From positions 240,001-272,000 of the forward strand of contig NZ_CP046534.1 in assembly GCF_009827135.1 (NCBI RefSeq): a stretch of DNA of 32,000 bases. The letters run 5' to 3'. The first letter of the stretch is position 1. The number at the start of each line of letters is the position of its first letter. Below, one piece after another: positions 11,420-21,572 of this stretch. A model generated the notes under the pieces. It searched no databases. It saw only the letters and a program-made list of their open reading frames with translations, and was not told the origin of the DNA. Made by a program: the position numbers and the translations under genes. This DNA is from Blochmannia endosymbiont of Camponotus nipponensis. Lineage in GTDB: Bacteria > Pseudomonadota > Gammaproteobacteria > Enterobacterales > Enterobacteriaceae.

Positions 11420-12221
11420 CAATCATTTCATACAAAAAAAATGGAGCCAAGTATTCCTTAAAGACCAAAATACTATTGACACTATCATTAAAACTTTCAA
11501 CCCCAAAAACCATCAAAAAATAATAGAAATTGGACCTGGATTAGGCGCATTAACCAAAGAAATTTTAAATATTGTTGATCCCAATTCTTTAATATTAATA
11601 GAACGTGATTTCAATTTAGTCAAAAGACTAACTCAAATGTTTAATAAAAAAATTAACGTTGTATATCAAGATATAATGAGAATAAATTTTTTTGATTTAT
11701 CACACCAAGTTGGACAAAAATTACGATTAATAGGAAATTTACCCTATAATATAGCCACAAAATTAATCATATATTTGTTCAAATATATTAATGTAATTTA
11801 CGATATGCATTTTATGTTTCAGAAAGAAGTAGCTAGACGACTTTACGCAAGCCCCAATAACAAAGAATACGGAAGATTAAGTGTAATAGCACAATATCAT
11901 TGTAAAATTATTCCATTGTTAAAAATACCAGCAACTTCTTTTGTTCCTATACCAAAAGTAGAATCTATAATAGTACATTTACTCCCTCACACAAACACTC
12001 CTTATCCAATAATTAATATCAAACAGCTCTCTTTGCTTACAAAATTAGCATTCAGCCAAAGACGAAAAACTCTTCGCAATAGCCTATCCATACTCTTTGA
12101 TGAATCAGAAATAAAACAAGAAGGAATCAATCCAACATTAAGAGCAGAAAATATAACTATTTCCCAATATTGTATATTAACAGCTATGCTAAAAAATAAA
12201 TTAAACTTACCATCTATATGA
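11400..12221 (+). CDS. rsmA: 16S rRNA (adenine1518/1519-N6)-dimethyltransferase RsmA/KsgA
   Basis: 273 aa. Motifs include [43 protein letters not shown] and [12 protein letters not shown]. The distance from the N-terminus to the FL.D motif equals that in E. coli KsgA. This supports the ATG at 11400, which overlaps the pdxA 3' end by 20 nt. Confidence 0.96.
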   Translation: MKKKYYNNHFIQKKWSQVFLKDQNTIDTIIKTFNPKNHQKIIEIGPGLGALTKEILNIVDPNSLILIERDFNLVKRLTQMFNKKINVVYQDIMRINFFDLSHQVGQKLRLIGNLPYNIATKLIIYLFKYINVIYDMHFMFQKEVARRLYASPNNKEYGRLSVIAQYHCKIIPLLKIPATSFVPIPKVESIIVHLLPHTNTPYPIINIKQLSLLTKLAFSQRRKTLRNSLSILFDESEIKQEGINPTLRAENITISQYCILTAMLKNKLNLPSI

Positions 12222-12545
12222 TATTGTCATCAACATTCATAATTATTTATAATTGTATTTAAAAAAAATGTTTTTTTATATATATTACATTTATAAATAT
12301 ATTAATAACTTGAATATTTTAATAATTAAATACACAATAGTGTAAAATTTTTTAAAAATGAAGTAGCCGTCATTTTAATTCACTGCTCTTTGTTAAAAAA
12401 CTTTTGTTTATGTTTTATAAACAAATTAACTTTATAAAAGATCTCTTCTTTTAAGAGAAAGATCTTCATTTAAATAAGAAATATAAAAAATAATAATCAT
12501 ATATATTGGACTAATTTTTATTTTAAAAAACACCTATAATCGCAT

Positions 12546-13376
12546 ATGTCTACTTATTTTATTGGAGACATCCACGGATGTTATAAAAACTTAAGCACTA
12601 TACTAGAACTTGTGTGTTTTAACCCCAATATTGATACTCTACATTTAACTGGAGACTTAATTGCTAGGGGTCCGAACTCATTAGAAACCTTACGTCTCAT
12701 TCATGCCTTTAAAAAAAGTGCCCACCTGGTATTAGGTAACCATGAATTACATTTATTAAAAATATATTTTGGAACAAATCACAAAACACATAAAGATTAC
12801 TTTGATGCTATATTAAATGCTCCAGATCTAGAAGAATTAATTCATTGGTTACGTCATCAACCTATGCTATATATAGATGAGGATAAAAAAATTTTAATGG
12901 TTCATGCAGGTATTAGTCCTAACTGGAATATTAACAATGCTAAAAAATATGCTAAAGAAATAGAAGAAATTTTAGCCAGCAATTATTCTTATCTACTTTT
13001 TAAAAAAGATATACATAATAATGATGTAAATTTATCTCATTTACATCAGATAAACACTGAAAAATTAAAACAAATACAAGAAAACATCAATGTATTTACG
13101 CGAATGCGTTATGTTTATATCAATGGTCAATTAAATTTAACATATAAAGGCACTCCCAAAAACGCTCCAAAAAATATATATCCATGGTTTTATTTAACTA
13201 AATTAGTTAATCCAACATATGATATAATCTTTGGTCATTGGGCATCATTGACAGATATACAAATTCCATCTGGTATTTATGGATTAGATTCTGGTTGCTG
13301 TTGGGGAGGATCTCTTACCTTATTGAGATGGGAAGACAAAAAAATTATACGTGTACCGTGTACACCACCTGCTTAA
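12546..13376 (+). CDS. apaH: Bis(5'-nucleosyl)-tetraphosphatase, symmetrical (Ap4A hydrolase)
   Basis: 276 aa. MSTYFIGDIHGCY....L.....F.P..DTLHLTGDLIARGP.SLETLR and LVLGNHELHLL match E. coli ApaH metallophosphatase motifs. Confidence 0.96.
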   Translation: MSTYFIGDIHGCYKNLSTILELVCFNPNIDTLHLTGDLIARGPNSLETLRLIHAFKKSAHLVLGNHELHLLKIYFGTNHKTHKDYFDAILNAPDLEELIHWLRHQPMLYIDEDKKILMVHAGISPNWNINNAKKYAKEIEEILASNYSYLLFKKDIHNNDVNLSHLHQINTEKLKQIQENINVFTRMRYVYINGQLNLTYKGTPKNAPKNIYPWFYLTKLVNPTYDIIFGHWASLTDIQIPSGIYGLDSGCCWGGSLTLLRWEDKKIIRVPCTPPA

Positions 13377-13573
13377 TTATTAAAAAAATAAATACATATA
13401 AAATCACAAATAATTATTTATACATACTCTACACAGACTAAAAATAAATTAGAATTATTAAAAATTACATTTTAATCCATCGTCCTTTTTAGACAATTCA
13501 TATCAACTATTAACATCAAAATATTAGTATCCACTGACATAAACACTTTTCATAACTCACTATAATATATTCA

Positions 13574-14068
13574 TTAGCAACGTTCTAAAATTTTAAAATT
13601 TATATAATGACAAAAATCTTCGTTAACTTCATAAAAACTATCAAAAATAGATCTCCATTCTCTCATATTATAACCAGGAAACCAAACATCACCATCAATA
13701 TCAATAATATTATTAATATATGTTAAATATAAGCGCTGCGCACAAGGCAAAAAAGCATTATACACTGCACTCCCCCCAATTACCATAACTTCATATGCAT
13801 CTTGTACCAAAAGTAAAGCATCATCTATATTCTCCACCACAAAAACACCATTATAATTATTTATCAAATTACGACTTAAAACAACATTAAATCTATTCAA
13901 TAATGGTTTCCTACCAATAGACTCAAATGTTTTACGCCCCATAATAATTGGTTTACATATAGTATGATATTTAAACCACTTAATATCTACAGGTAAATGC
14001 CAAGGAATAGCATTTTTTTTACCAATTACTCTGTTGATAGTCAATGCAGCAATCAAGCTAATAATCAT
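13574..14068 (-). CDS. folA: Dihydrofolate reductase
   Basis: 164 aa. MIISLIAALTINRVIGKKNAIPWHLPVDIKWFK......KPIIMGRKTFESIG is colinear with E. coli FolA. Confidence 0.96.
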   Translation of the reverse strand: MIISLIAALTINRVIGKKNAIPWHLPVDIKWFKYHTICKPIIMGRKTFESIGRKPLLNRFNVVLSRNLINNYNGVFVVENIDDALLLVQDAYEVMVIGGSAVYNAFLPCAQRLYLTYINNIIDIDGDVWFPGYNMREWRSIFDSFYEVNEDFCHYINFKILERC

Positions 14069-14203
14069 ATATATAACTACTTAAACACGTATTAAATTCA
14101 ACAAAATATACTTTAATAACATCGGAATAATATATATACTGATACCAACCAAACTAAAAAATTAAAATTATTATAATTATATCAATAGATTATCAATTAT
14201 AAC

Positions 14204-17200
14204 TTAGTGTACTATCCTAGAATGCATATCTTGAATTGACACTACATACTCCGTAGTATCAACAGTCAATGACATAGCTGCGGCGACACTTCCATTGATT
14301 GTAGTACCATAATGAACATTATGTTGTAATGCAATGCAACATAATAATGTTGCATTGTCTTTTTTATCATCAAATTTATCTGTTAAAGTAGTGTCAACAA
14401 TATAACTATATTCACCATTCTTAATTTTTTTGTAAACACATGCATGAGCAATATGTACGGGTCTAATCATTTTAGAAACCATACCAACGCTCTTTAACAT
14501 TCTTGCTGTTTCATGTGTAACATCCAACATAAAACCACTTTGAATAAACTTGGTCACTAAATTTACTGCCTTATCTATATCTTTTCTAGATAATGATAAT
14601 AATACATCACCATGTTTTTTCGTATCAAACTGACTACTTAATGTTGCTTTAGCAAACGCTTCTTCAAAAGTACGCCCAATACCCATCACTTCCCCTGTGG
14701 ATCTCATTTCTGGACCTAATTTTGGATTAACATCAATAAATTTATTAAACGGTAATACTACCTCCTTCACTGAAAAATAAGGAGGAATTACTTCTTTTAA
14801 AATACCTTGATCCAATAAAGACTGTCCAATTATCACCCGAGTCCCAATTTTTGCTAATGCCACACCAATAGCTTTAGATACAAAAGGAACAGTACGTGAT
14901 GCTCTCGGATTAATCTCAATTACATAAATCATATCTTTCTGTATTGCAAATTGTATATTGACCAAACCTTTTATATTAAATTTAAATGCTAATTTTTTTA
15001 CTTGATAACGTATTCTATCTTGAATATTTTTACTCAACGTATAAACCGGCAAGGAACACGCTGAATCTCCAGAATGTACTCCCGCGTACTCAATATGCTC
15101 CATAATTCCCCCAATAAACACCTGTTTCCCGTCACAAATAGCATCTACATCTACTTCAATCGCATTTTCTAAAAACCGATCTAATAAAACTGGTGCATTA
15201 TTAGATACTTTTATAGCGTTTTTAAAATAGAATAATAATTCTTTTTCATTATATACTATTTCCATAGCTCTACCTCCTAAAACATAAGAAGGCCTAACTA
15301 CTATAGGATATCCTATATCCTTAGCTTCTTTTAAAGCCGAAGTTATGGAGGTAACAGTAACATTATCAGGTTGCTGTAACCCCAAACACTTTATTGCACG
15401 TTGAAATCGTTCTCTATTTTCTGTTTGATCAATTGCATCTGGAGTAGTACCTATAATAGATACCCCAGCCTCTTCCATTTCTTTAGCTAATTTTAATGGA
15501 GTTTGGCCTCCATATTGAACAATTACTCCTGTTGGTTTATTAATACGTACGATCTCTAAAATATCTTCCAATGTAATTGGTTCAAAATAAAGAACATCTG
15601 ATATGTCATAATCAGTAGAAACAGTTTCAGGATTACAATTTACCATAATTACGTTATATCCGATTTCACGCAATGTTAATGCTGCATGCACACAACAATA
15701 ATCAAACTCAATCCCCTGCCCAATACGATTAGGTCCTCCTCCTAATATCATAATAGTTTTATTTTCTTTATTACATTGAAATTCACATTCGCCATCGTAA
15801 GTAGAATACATATAGGAAGTATTAGTAGAAAATTCTGCTGCACATGCATCTACATGTTTATATACAGGATGTACATCATACAAACATCTTAATGAACGAA
15901 TCTTGCTTTCTGATACACCTGTTAATTGTCCCAACCTTGCATCAGAAAAACCTTTCTTTTTAAGAAAATGTAACCAATGCTTATTAAGACATGATATACC
16001 TTTAAACATCACATCATTCTCTAATCGCACTAATTCTTCAATTTGAGCTAAAAACCAGCGATCAATATTAGTTAAATAAAAAATTTGTTCTAAAGACATA
16101 CCGTAACGAAAAGCGTCTGCAATATACCATATTCGATTATTACTAGCATTTTTTAATTCATATACAATCACATTAAATGCTGTAGGATGATCCAAATTAA
16201 CTTTAGGATCTAACCCCGTTACTCCCATTTCTAATCCACGTATTGCTTTTTGTAAAGATTCTTGTTGACTACGGCCGATTGCCATTACTTCACCTACTGA
16301 TTTCATTTGAGTTGTCAGTCTATTGTTTCGTTCTGGAAATTTTTCAAAATTAAAACGTGGAATTTTAGTTACTATATAATCAATTGATGGTTCAAAAGAT
16401 GCTGGAATACAACCACTCGTAATATCATTTGACAATTCGTCTAAAGTATATCCTACTGCTAACTTAGCGGCTATTTTTGCTATAGGAAATCCAGTGGCTT
16501 TTGAAGCTAACGCTGATGACCGAGATACCCTAGGATTCATTTCTACCACAACAAGTCTTCCATTGTTTGGATTCACTGCAAATTGCACATTAGCCCCACC
16601 GGTATCTACTCCAATTTCACGTAGTACCATTATTGCAGCATTTCTCATAATTTGATATTCTTTATCAGTCAAAGTTTGAGCTGGTGCCACAGTGATAGAA
16701 TCGCCAGTATGAATACCCATAGGATCAACGTTTTCTATAGAACATACTATTATACAATTATCTTTAATATCACGTACTACTTCCATTTCATATTCTTTCC
16801 AACCCATTAAAGATTCATCAATTAACAGTTCATTATAAGGAGAACAATCTAATCCGTGTTTACAAAGTTTTATAAATTCTTCTTTAGTATAAGCAACACC
16901 ACCTCCACTCCCTCCTAAAGTAAAAGAAGGACGAATAATACAAGGTAATCCAATTTTTTTTAAAACCATCATAGCCTCATTTACATCATGTGCAACTCCA
17001 GATCGTGCTGTTTCTAAGTTGATTTTTTTCATAGATTCTCTAAACTTTTGACGATCTTCTGCTTTATAAATAGAATCTATCGTAGCTCCAATCGTTATTA
17101 TATTAAATTTTCTTAAAATTCCGTGACGTTCTAAATCTAAAGCGCAATTTAAAGCAGTTTGCCCACCCATAGTTGATAACAGTGCGTCTGGATGTTCTTT

Positions 17201-17437
17201 TTCAATAATCTTACATATCATTTCCCAACGAATCGATTCAATATAAGTAGCATCAGCCATATCAGGATCCGTCATAATTGTAGCAGGATTAGAATTTACC
17301 AAAATAAGACGGTATCCTTCTTCACGTAATGCCTTGCAAGCTTGTGCGCCAGAGTAATCAAATTCACAAGCTTGGCCGATAACAATTGGACCAGCTCCCA
17401 AAAGCAAAATACTACGTATATCGGTTCTTTTTGGCAT
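14204..17437 (-). CDS. carB: Carbamoyl-phosphate synthase large subunit
   Basis: 1077 aa. [41 protein letters not shown], duplicated ATP-grasp halves and the C-terminal MGS-like domain are all present. Confidence 0.99.
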   Translation of the reverse strand: MPKRTDIRSILLLGAGPIVIGQACEFDYSGAQACKALREEGYRLILVNSNPATIMTDPDMADATYIESIRWEMICKIIEKEHPDALLSTMGGQTALNCALDLERHGILRKFNIITIGATIDSIYKAEDRQKFRESMKKINLETARSGVAHDVNEAMMVLKKIGLPCIIRPSFTLGGSGGGVAYTKEEFIKLCKHGLDCSPYNELLIDESLMGWKEYEMEVVRDIKDNCIIVCSIENVDPMGIHTGDSITVAPAQTLTDKEYQIMRNAAIMVLREIGVDTGGANVQFAVNPNNGRLVVVEMNPRVSRSSALASKATGFPIAKIAAKLAVGYTLDELSNDITSGCIPASFEPSIDYIVTKIPRFNFEKFPERNNRLTTQMKSVGEVMAIGRSQQESLQKAIRGLEMGVTGLDPKVNLDHPTAFNVIVYELKNASNNRIWYIADAFRYGMSLEQIFYLTNIDRWFLAQIEELVRLENDVMFKGISCLNKHWLHFLKKKGFSDARLGQLTGVSESKIRSLRCLYDVHPVYKHVDACAAEFSTNTSYMYSTYDGECEFQCNKENKTIMILGGGPNRIGQGIEFDYCCVHAALTLREIGYNVIMVNCNPETVSTDYDISDVLYFEPITLEDILEIVRINKPTGVIVQYGGQTPLKLAKEMEEAGVSIIGTTPDAIDQTENRERFQRAIKCLGLQQPDNVTVTSITSALKEAKDIGYPIVVRPSYVLGGRAMEIVYNEKELLFYFKNAIKVSNNAPVLLDRFLENAIEVDVDAICDGKQVFIGGIMEHIEYAGVHSGDSACSLPVYTLSKNIQDRIRYQVKKLAFKFNIKGLVNIQFAIQKDMIYVIEINPRASRTVPFVSKAIGVALAKIGTRVIIGQSLLDQGILKEVIPPYFSVKEVVLPFNKFIDVNPKLGPEMRSTGEVMGIGRTFEEAFAKATLSSQFDTKKHGDVLLSLSRKDIDKAVNLVTKFIQSGFMLDVTHETARMLKSVGMVSKMIRPVHIAHACVYKKIKNGEYSYIVDTTLTDKFDDKKDNATLLCCIALQHNVHYGTTINGSVAAAMSLTVDTTEYVVSIQDMHSRIVH

Positions 17438-17462
17438 ATTGCACTCCCTACAACTTATTACA

Positions 17463-18602
17463 TTAATTACGATAGTCTTTAATCAATTTAATAAAATGAC
17501 TAAACAAAGATGAAGTAGCATCATGAGGTCCAGGACTAGCCTCCGGATGCCCTTGAAAACTAAAAGCAGGTTTTTTAATATGATGAATGCCTTGAAGCGT
17601 ACCATCAAACAATGAAATATGTGTTATTTTTAACGTATCAGGTAAAGTGTTTTTATCGACTACAAAGTTATGATTCTGAGTGGTAATTATAACCTTGTTT
17701 TGTTCTATATCTTTAACCGGATGATTAGATCCATGGTGACCAAATTTCATTTTTACAGTTTTGGCGCCATTGGCTAGCGCCAATAATTGATGACCCAAAC
17801 AAATACCAAACAATGGGATTTTAGTCGTATTTAAAAAAGTTTGGATAGAATGAATTGCATATCCATATGCATTTGGATCCCCGGGGCCATTAGCTAAAAA
17901 GATACCATCTGGTTTCATATCAATTATTTCTTGTGCTGCAGTATGCGCTGGAACTACTGTTAATAAACAACCATAGTCTACTAATATACGCATAATATTC
18001 CGTTTGACACCAAAATCATATACTACAACGCGATAAGGTAAACTCAATGGAGTAACAAATATTCCAGATTTAATATTCCAAGTACCTTGCTTCCAAATAT
18101 ACTGCCTAGCAGTACTTACTTCGTGAGCAAGATTAAGCCCATGCAGTCCAGGAAATGCACGAGCTTTACGTAGGGCTAATGTGGCATCAGGCACGTCACG
18201 AGCAATAATACAGCCATGTTGTATTCCTTTTTCCCGTATTAGCCGTGTTAACTTACGAGTATCTACCCCAGCAATTCCAACAACATTTTGTTGTACTAAA
18301 TAAGCTGAAAGAGTCAAAGTATGACGAAAATTGCTAACAAGAATTGATAAATTACGAATAATAAGCCCTCTTACCTGAATACAAGAAGATTCATTATCAA
18401 ATTCATTAGTACCAACATTTCCAATATGAGGACAAGTCAACACAACTATCTGATATGCATAAGAAGGATCAGTGATTATTTCTTGATACCCAGTCATTGA
18501 TGTGTTAAAAACTACCTCTCCTACTGTTTCTCCTGCTGCACCTATGGCATAACCATAAAATCGATTACCATCTTCTAACACTAATAATGCCGGTTTCATC
18601 AA
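17463..18602 (-). CDS. carA: Carbamoyl-phosphate synthase small (glutaminase) subunit
   Basis: 379 aa. Motifs include [15 protein letters not shown]...[32 protein letters not shown] and [15 protein letters not shown]. The first codon at 18602-18600 is TTG and is followed immediately by ATG (18599-18597). An AGAGG SD lies 4 nt from the TTG and 7 nt from the ATG, so the true start could be either. Confidence 0.97.
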   Translation of the reverse strand: MMKPALLVLEDGNRFYGYAIGAAGETVGEVVFNTSMTGYQEIITDPSYAYQIVVLTCPHIGNVGTNEFDNESSCIQVRGLIIRNLSILVSNFRHTLTLSAYLVQQNVVGIAGVDTRKLTRLIREKGIQHGCIIARDVPDATLALRKARAFPGLHGLNLAHEVSTARQYIWKQGTWNIKSGIFVTPLSLPYRVVVYDFGVKRNIMRILVDYGCLLTVVPAHTAAQEIIDMKPDGIFLANGPGDPNAYGYAIHSIQTFLNTTKIPLFGICLGHQLLALANGAKTVKMKFGHHGSNHPVKDIEQNKVIITTQNHNFVVDKNTLPDTLKITHISLFDGTLQGIHHIKKPAFSFQGHPEASPGPHDATSSLFSHFIKLIKDYRN

Positions 18603-18711
18603 AGTACCTCTGTACTTATCACATAAGTAAACATTAAATACATAGTTTATATTTAATTTATTAAAAATGATTAGTTAAATATTAAATATTTAATTCTATT
18701 ATTTTAGTTTA

Positions 18712-18752
18712 AAATAAAACATGTGTAAATAAAATTTACACATGTTTTATTT
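18712..18752. terminator. Perfect 19-bp palindromic hairpin, a candidate bidirectional intrinsic terminator downstream of dapB and upstream of carA
   Basis: 18712-18730 (AAATAAAACATGTGTAAAT) is the exact reverse complement of 18734-18752 (ATTTACACATGTTTTATTT), with a 3-nt loop. The ACATGTGTAAAT core stem is followed by a T-rich run on both strands (TTTATTTATT on +, TTTATTTTAAAC on -). Confidence 0.55.
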
Positions 18753-18852
18753 ATTATTAATCTCTGAAATATTCAAACATATCAACTAACAATATATTAT
18801 ATTATGATACATAATATAATTATTCTTCTGGCAGAGCATCATAGTAAAGTAT

Positions 18853-19698
18853 TCACTCCAAAATATCACTTACACTAAACAAACCTATTTTATCACATCC
18901 TAACCAAACAGCTGCACGTAATGCTCCATGAGCAAAAATTAAACGATCCGATACTTTATGTGTTATTTCTAAACACTCTCCTAACCCTGTAAATAAAACA
19001 GTATGTTCCCCAACAATATCTCCAGCCCGCAGCGAATGAATCATTATTTTCTTGTCAAGATATACTGATTCATTCTCTGTACAATCAACGTTACAATCCA
19101 CAATTTTATCAGATTGGATAAGTCGCAATGCATTGCATATAACATCTTTCATCATTAAAGAAGTACCAGATGGTATATCATGCTTCTTGTTATGATGAGC
19201 TTCAACAATATTGATATCTGAAGAACTACCTATACTTTGTGTAATATTACATAATATTTTCAATATTAATGCTATACTTACACTAAAATTGGAAGAAAAG
19301 ACAATTCCTATTTTTTGGGATGCATTTTTAATAAAACTCTTATGTGTCAGGTTAAACCCAGTAGTACCAATAATTATGTTTTTTTTATTATTAGTACAAA
19401 ATTTTAAATATTCCATAGATATATCAGGCGCAGTAAAATCAATTAAAATATCAAAATCATCTTTAATTGATTCAATATTGTCAGTGATTTTTACACCTAA
19501 AGCATTAGTTTTAATTAATGTCCCAACATCCATCCCACAAATATTAGAATTTGAACGTGCTATAGCAGCTCCCAAAACAATTTTTTTACTAAACTGCTTT
19601 TCTCCTTGCACAATACATGTTAATACCTTTTCACCCATTCGCCCAGTCACTCCACTAACAGCAACACGCAGACATGCACTATTCATGATTTTATGCAC
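18853..19698 (-). CDS. dapB: 4-hydroxy-tetrahydrodipicolinate reductase
   Basis: 281 aa. Motifs include RVAVSGVTGRMG, DFDILIDFT.P, IIGTTGF, IVFSSNFS, IVEAHH..K.D.PSGT and RAGDIVGEHTVLF...GE.LEITHK. It is colinear with E. coli DapB. Confidence 0.96.
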   Translation of the reverse strand: MHKIMNSACLRVAVSGVTGRMGEKVLTCIVQGEKQFSKKIVLGAAIARSNSNICGMDVGTLIKTNALGVKITDNIESIKDDFDILIDFTAPDISMEYLKFCTNNKKNIIIGTTGFNLTHKSFIKNASQKIGIVFSSNFSVSIALILKILCNITQSIGSSSDINIVEAHHNKKHDIPSGTSLMMKDVICNALRLIQSDKIVDCNVDCTENESVYLDKKIMIHSLRAGDIVGEHTVLFTGLGECLEITHKVSDRLIFAHGALRAAVWLGCDKIGLFSVSDILE

Positions 19699-19960
19699 CT
19701 TATATAATATTTATTAAATATAAAAAATTTATAATCCCAATGATTTCTCAGATACAGTCTATAAGATAACGAATATTATATTTTTTATTTTTTGTGTATT
19801 TATCTTTTATTATTTTTACAAATTCATCAACTAATTAATTTTCCATTTAATAAAATTAAATAAACAATAAAAACATGATTTTATAAATTTTATATACTAT
19901 CTTATATTATTTAAATTTAAAGTTTAATCATTTATTAATATAATTAATAAACACATTATC

Positions 19961-19992
19961 AATCTGAAATATATATATATATATATCAGATT
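19961..19992. repeat. (AT)9 microsatellite inside a 32-nt near-perfect palindrome that overlaps the ispH stop codon
   Basis: AATCTGA at 19961-19967 and TCAGATT at 19986-19992 flank (AT)9 at 19969-19986. There is only one mismatch (A/A at 19968/19985). The ispH TGA is the complement of 19986-19988. Confidence 0.7.
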
Positions 19993-20936
19993 TTAGGTAT
20001 ATCAAAAAACACATGTTCCTCCTGTCCCATTATTTCTTCCACAACAAGAAAATCTTTGCTTAGTATACGTAGTTTTTCAACAACTTGATCTACTAAAATA
20101 TCTGGAGCTGACGCCCCAGCAGTAATACCAATATTGTTTATCCCACGTAACCAATCTCCTTGAATTTCATTAGCGTGACCAATTAAATATGCAATTTTTC
20201 CTATACGATGCGCTAACTCTATTAATCTTACAGAATTAGATGATTTTTTTGATCCCACAACAAATATCATGTCTACCATTAAAGCTAAATCTTTAAGAGC
20301 ATTTTGCCTATTAAATGTTGCATAACAAATATCAGTTTTTCTAGAACTCATAATATTAGGAAATCTTTTACGTAAAATTGCTATAATATTTGCAGCGTCG
20401 TCTACTGATAAAGTTGTTTGTGTCACAAAAAATAAATGATTTGGATTGTTCACCTGAAGTAACCAAGCATCTGATTGAGATTCCACTAAATATATTTTTC
20501 CTCCAGAATTTTTAGAAATATATTGACCCATAGTTCCTTCCACCTCTGGATGCCCAGAATGACCTATTAAAATGACTTCCATATCATTACGATCAGCCCG
20601 AGAAACCTCCATGTGCACTTTAGTGACCAGTGGACAAGTAGCATCAAATATAATTAATTTTTTAACTTGTGCTTGTTCTCGAACCTTTTTTGAAACTCCA
20701 TGAGCAGAAAAAATTATAACCGAACCATTCGGTACTTCATCTAGTCTTTCAATAAAGATAACACCCTTTTCAGATAACTGAGTGACTACATAATCATTAT
20801 GTACTAACTCATGTCGTACATAAATAGGAGCACCATATTTCAGTATAGCTCTCTCCACAATTTTAATCGCTCGATTTACTCCTGCGCAAAATCCACGCGG
20901 ATTAGCCAATATAACTCTAATACCTATACCTCTCAC
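19986..20936 (-). CDS. ispH: 4-hydroxy-3-methylbut-2-enyl diphosphate reductase
   Basis: 316 aa. Motifs include [19 protein letters not shown]...[58 protein letters not shown] and SSNS.RL.ELA. Confidence 0.97.
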   Translation of the reverse strand: MRGIGIRVILANPRGFCAGVNRAIKIVERAILKYGAPIYVRHELVHNDYVVTQLSEKGVIFIERLDEVPNGSVIIFSAHGVSKKVREQAQVKKLIIFDATCPLVTKVHMEVSRADRNDMEVILIGHSGHPEVEGTMGQYISKNSGGKIYLVESQSDAWLLQVNNPNHLFFVTQTTLSVDDAANIIAILRKRFPNIMSSRKTDICYATFNRQNALKDLALMVDMIFVVGSKKSSNSVRLIELAHRIGKIAYLIGHANEIQGDWLRGINNIGITAGASAPDILVDQVVEKLRILSKDFLVVEEIMGQEEHVFFDIPKI

Positions 20937-21080
20937 TATAACAACATAATCAAATCAACTCATATTTAATACTTACATAAAACACAATAATTAATTTATA
21001 AAATTTATGTAAGACCACTGAATAAACATCAAAAAAATATTTCATTATACTATTACACACTTGTATATCAGGATACTAAT

Positions 21081-21572
21081 TTAAATTGATTTCAAAAAAT
21101 CATAATAATTTTTCATTATTAAAAGAGTAATCCCTATACAAATTTCTATATCTGCAACATTAAAAGTTGGCCAATGCCAACTTTTAATGTATATATCAAT
21201 AAAATCCACTACTGTTCCATGTAATATTCGATCAAATAAATTACCTAAAGCTCCTCCAATAATCATAGAGTAAGATACTCTATAATAGTTAGAGTACTCA
21301 ATTAATCTACATAACATTATAATCAATGTTATAATAATTAATATTATTATCCATATAAATATCCAACGATAATGTAAATTAACGTTACCAAATAACCCAA
21401 AAGATAATCCTGAATTATTAATATAATAACAATTAATACCAGGTAACAATGCTAATACCTCACCAAACAAAAAATGAGTTTTTACCCAGTATTTGCTGCC
21501 TATATCTAACAACATTAACAATATAGATAACCATAGCCATTTTAAATTTCTATAATTGTGTTGTCTGTTCAT
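21081..21572 (-). CDS. lspA: Lipoprotein signal peptidase (signal peptidase II)
   Basis: 163 aa, multi-pass hydrophobic. L.WLWL......D.GSKY, IIGGALGNLFDR and FNVAD..I match E. coli LspA. The ATG overlaps the ileS TAA (TAATG). Confidence 0.95.
   Translation of the reverse strand: MNRQHNYRNLKWLWLSILLMLLDIGSKYWVKTHFLFGEVLALLPGINCYYINNSGLSFGLFGNVNLHYRWIFIWIIILIIITLIIMLCRLIEYSNYYRVSYSMIIGGALGNLFDRILHGTVVDFIDIYIKSWHWPTFNVADIEICIGITLLIMKNYYDFLKSI

Noticed and set aside
12222-12545. Possible apaG pseudogene remnant
   Set aside because: I translated the slightly GC-richer part (around 12355-12440) in the forward frames and saw nothing resembling ApaG. Only the position argues for it, so I have not called it a pseudogene.
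13527-13535. DnaA-box-like GTATCCACT in the apaH/folA convergent spacer
   Set aside because: It is a single 7/9 match with no cluster and no adjacent AT-rich 13-mers or dnaA/gidA context. That is compatible with chance.
18765-18775. ARG-box-like TGAAATATTCA upstream of carA
   Set aside because: The spacing is wrong for an ArgR box (TGAAT-N4-ATTCA) and the element is not a true palindrome. There is only one copy, whereas E. coli carAB P2 has paired boxes.
19211-19717. 168-aa + strand ORF, plus other track ORFs at 3057-3356(-), 13238-13441(+), 21894-22130(+), 22974-23165(+), 24887-25132(+), 25678-25911(-) and 26095-26313(+)
   Set aside because: All of them lie antisense to or overlapping strongly supported conserved genes (dapB, leuB, apaH, ileS, ribF, rpsT, dnaJ). 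None has its own motifs or translation signals. They are typical shadow ORFs.
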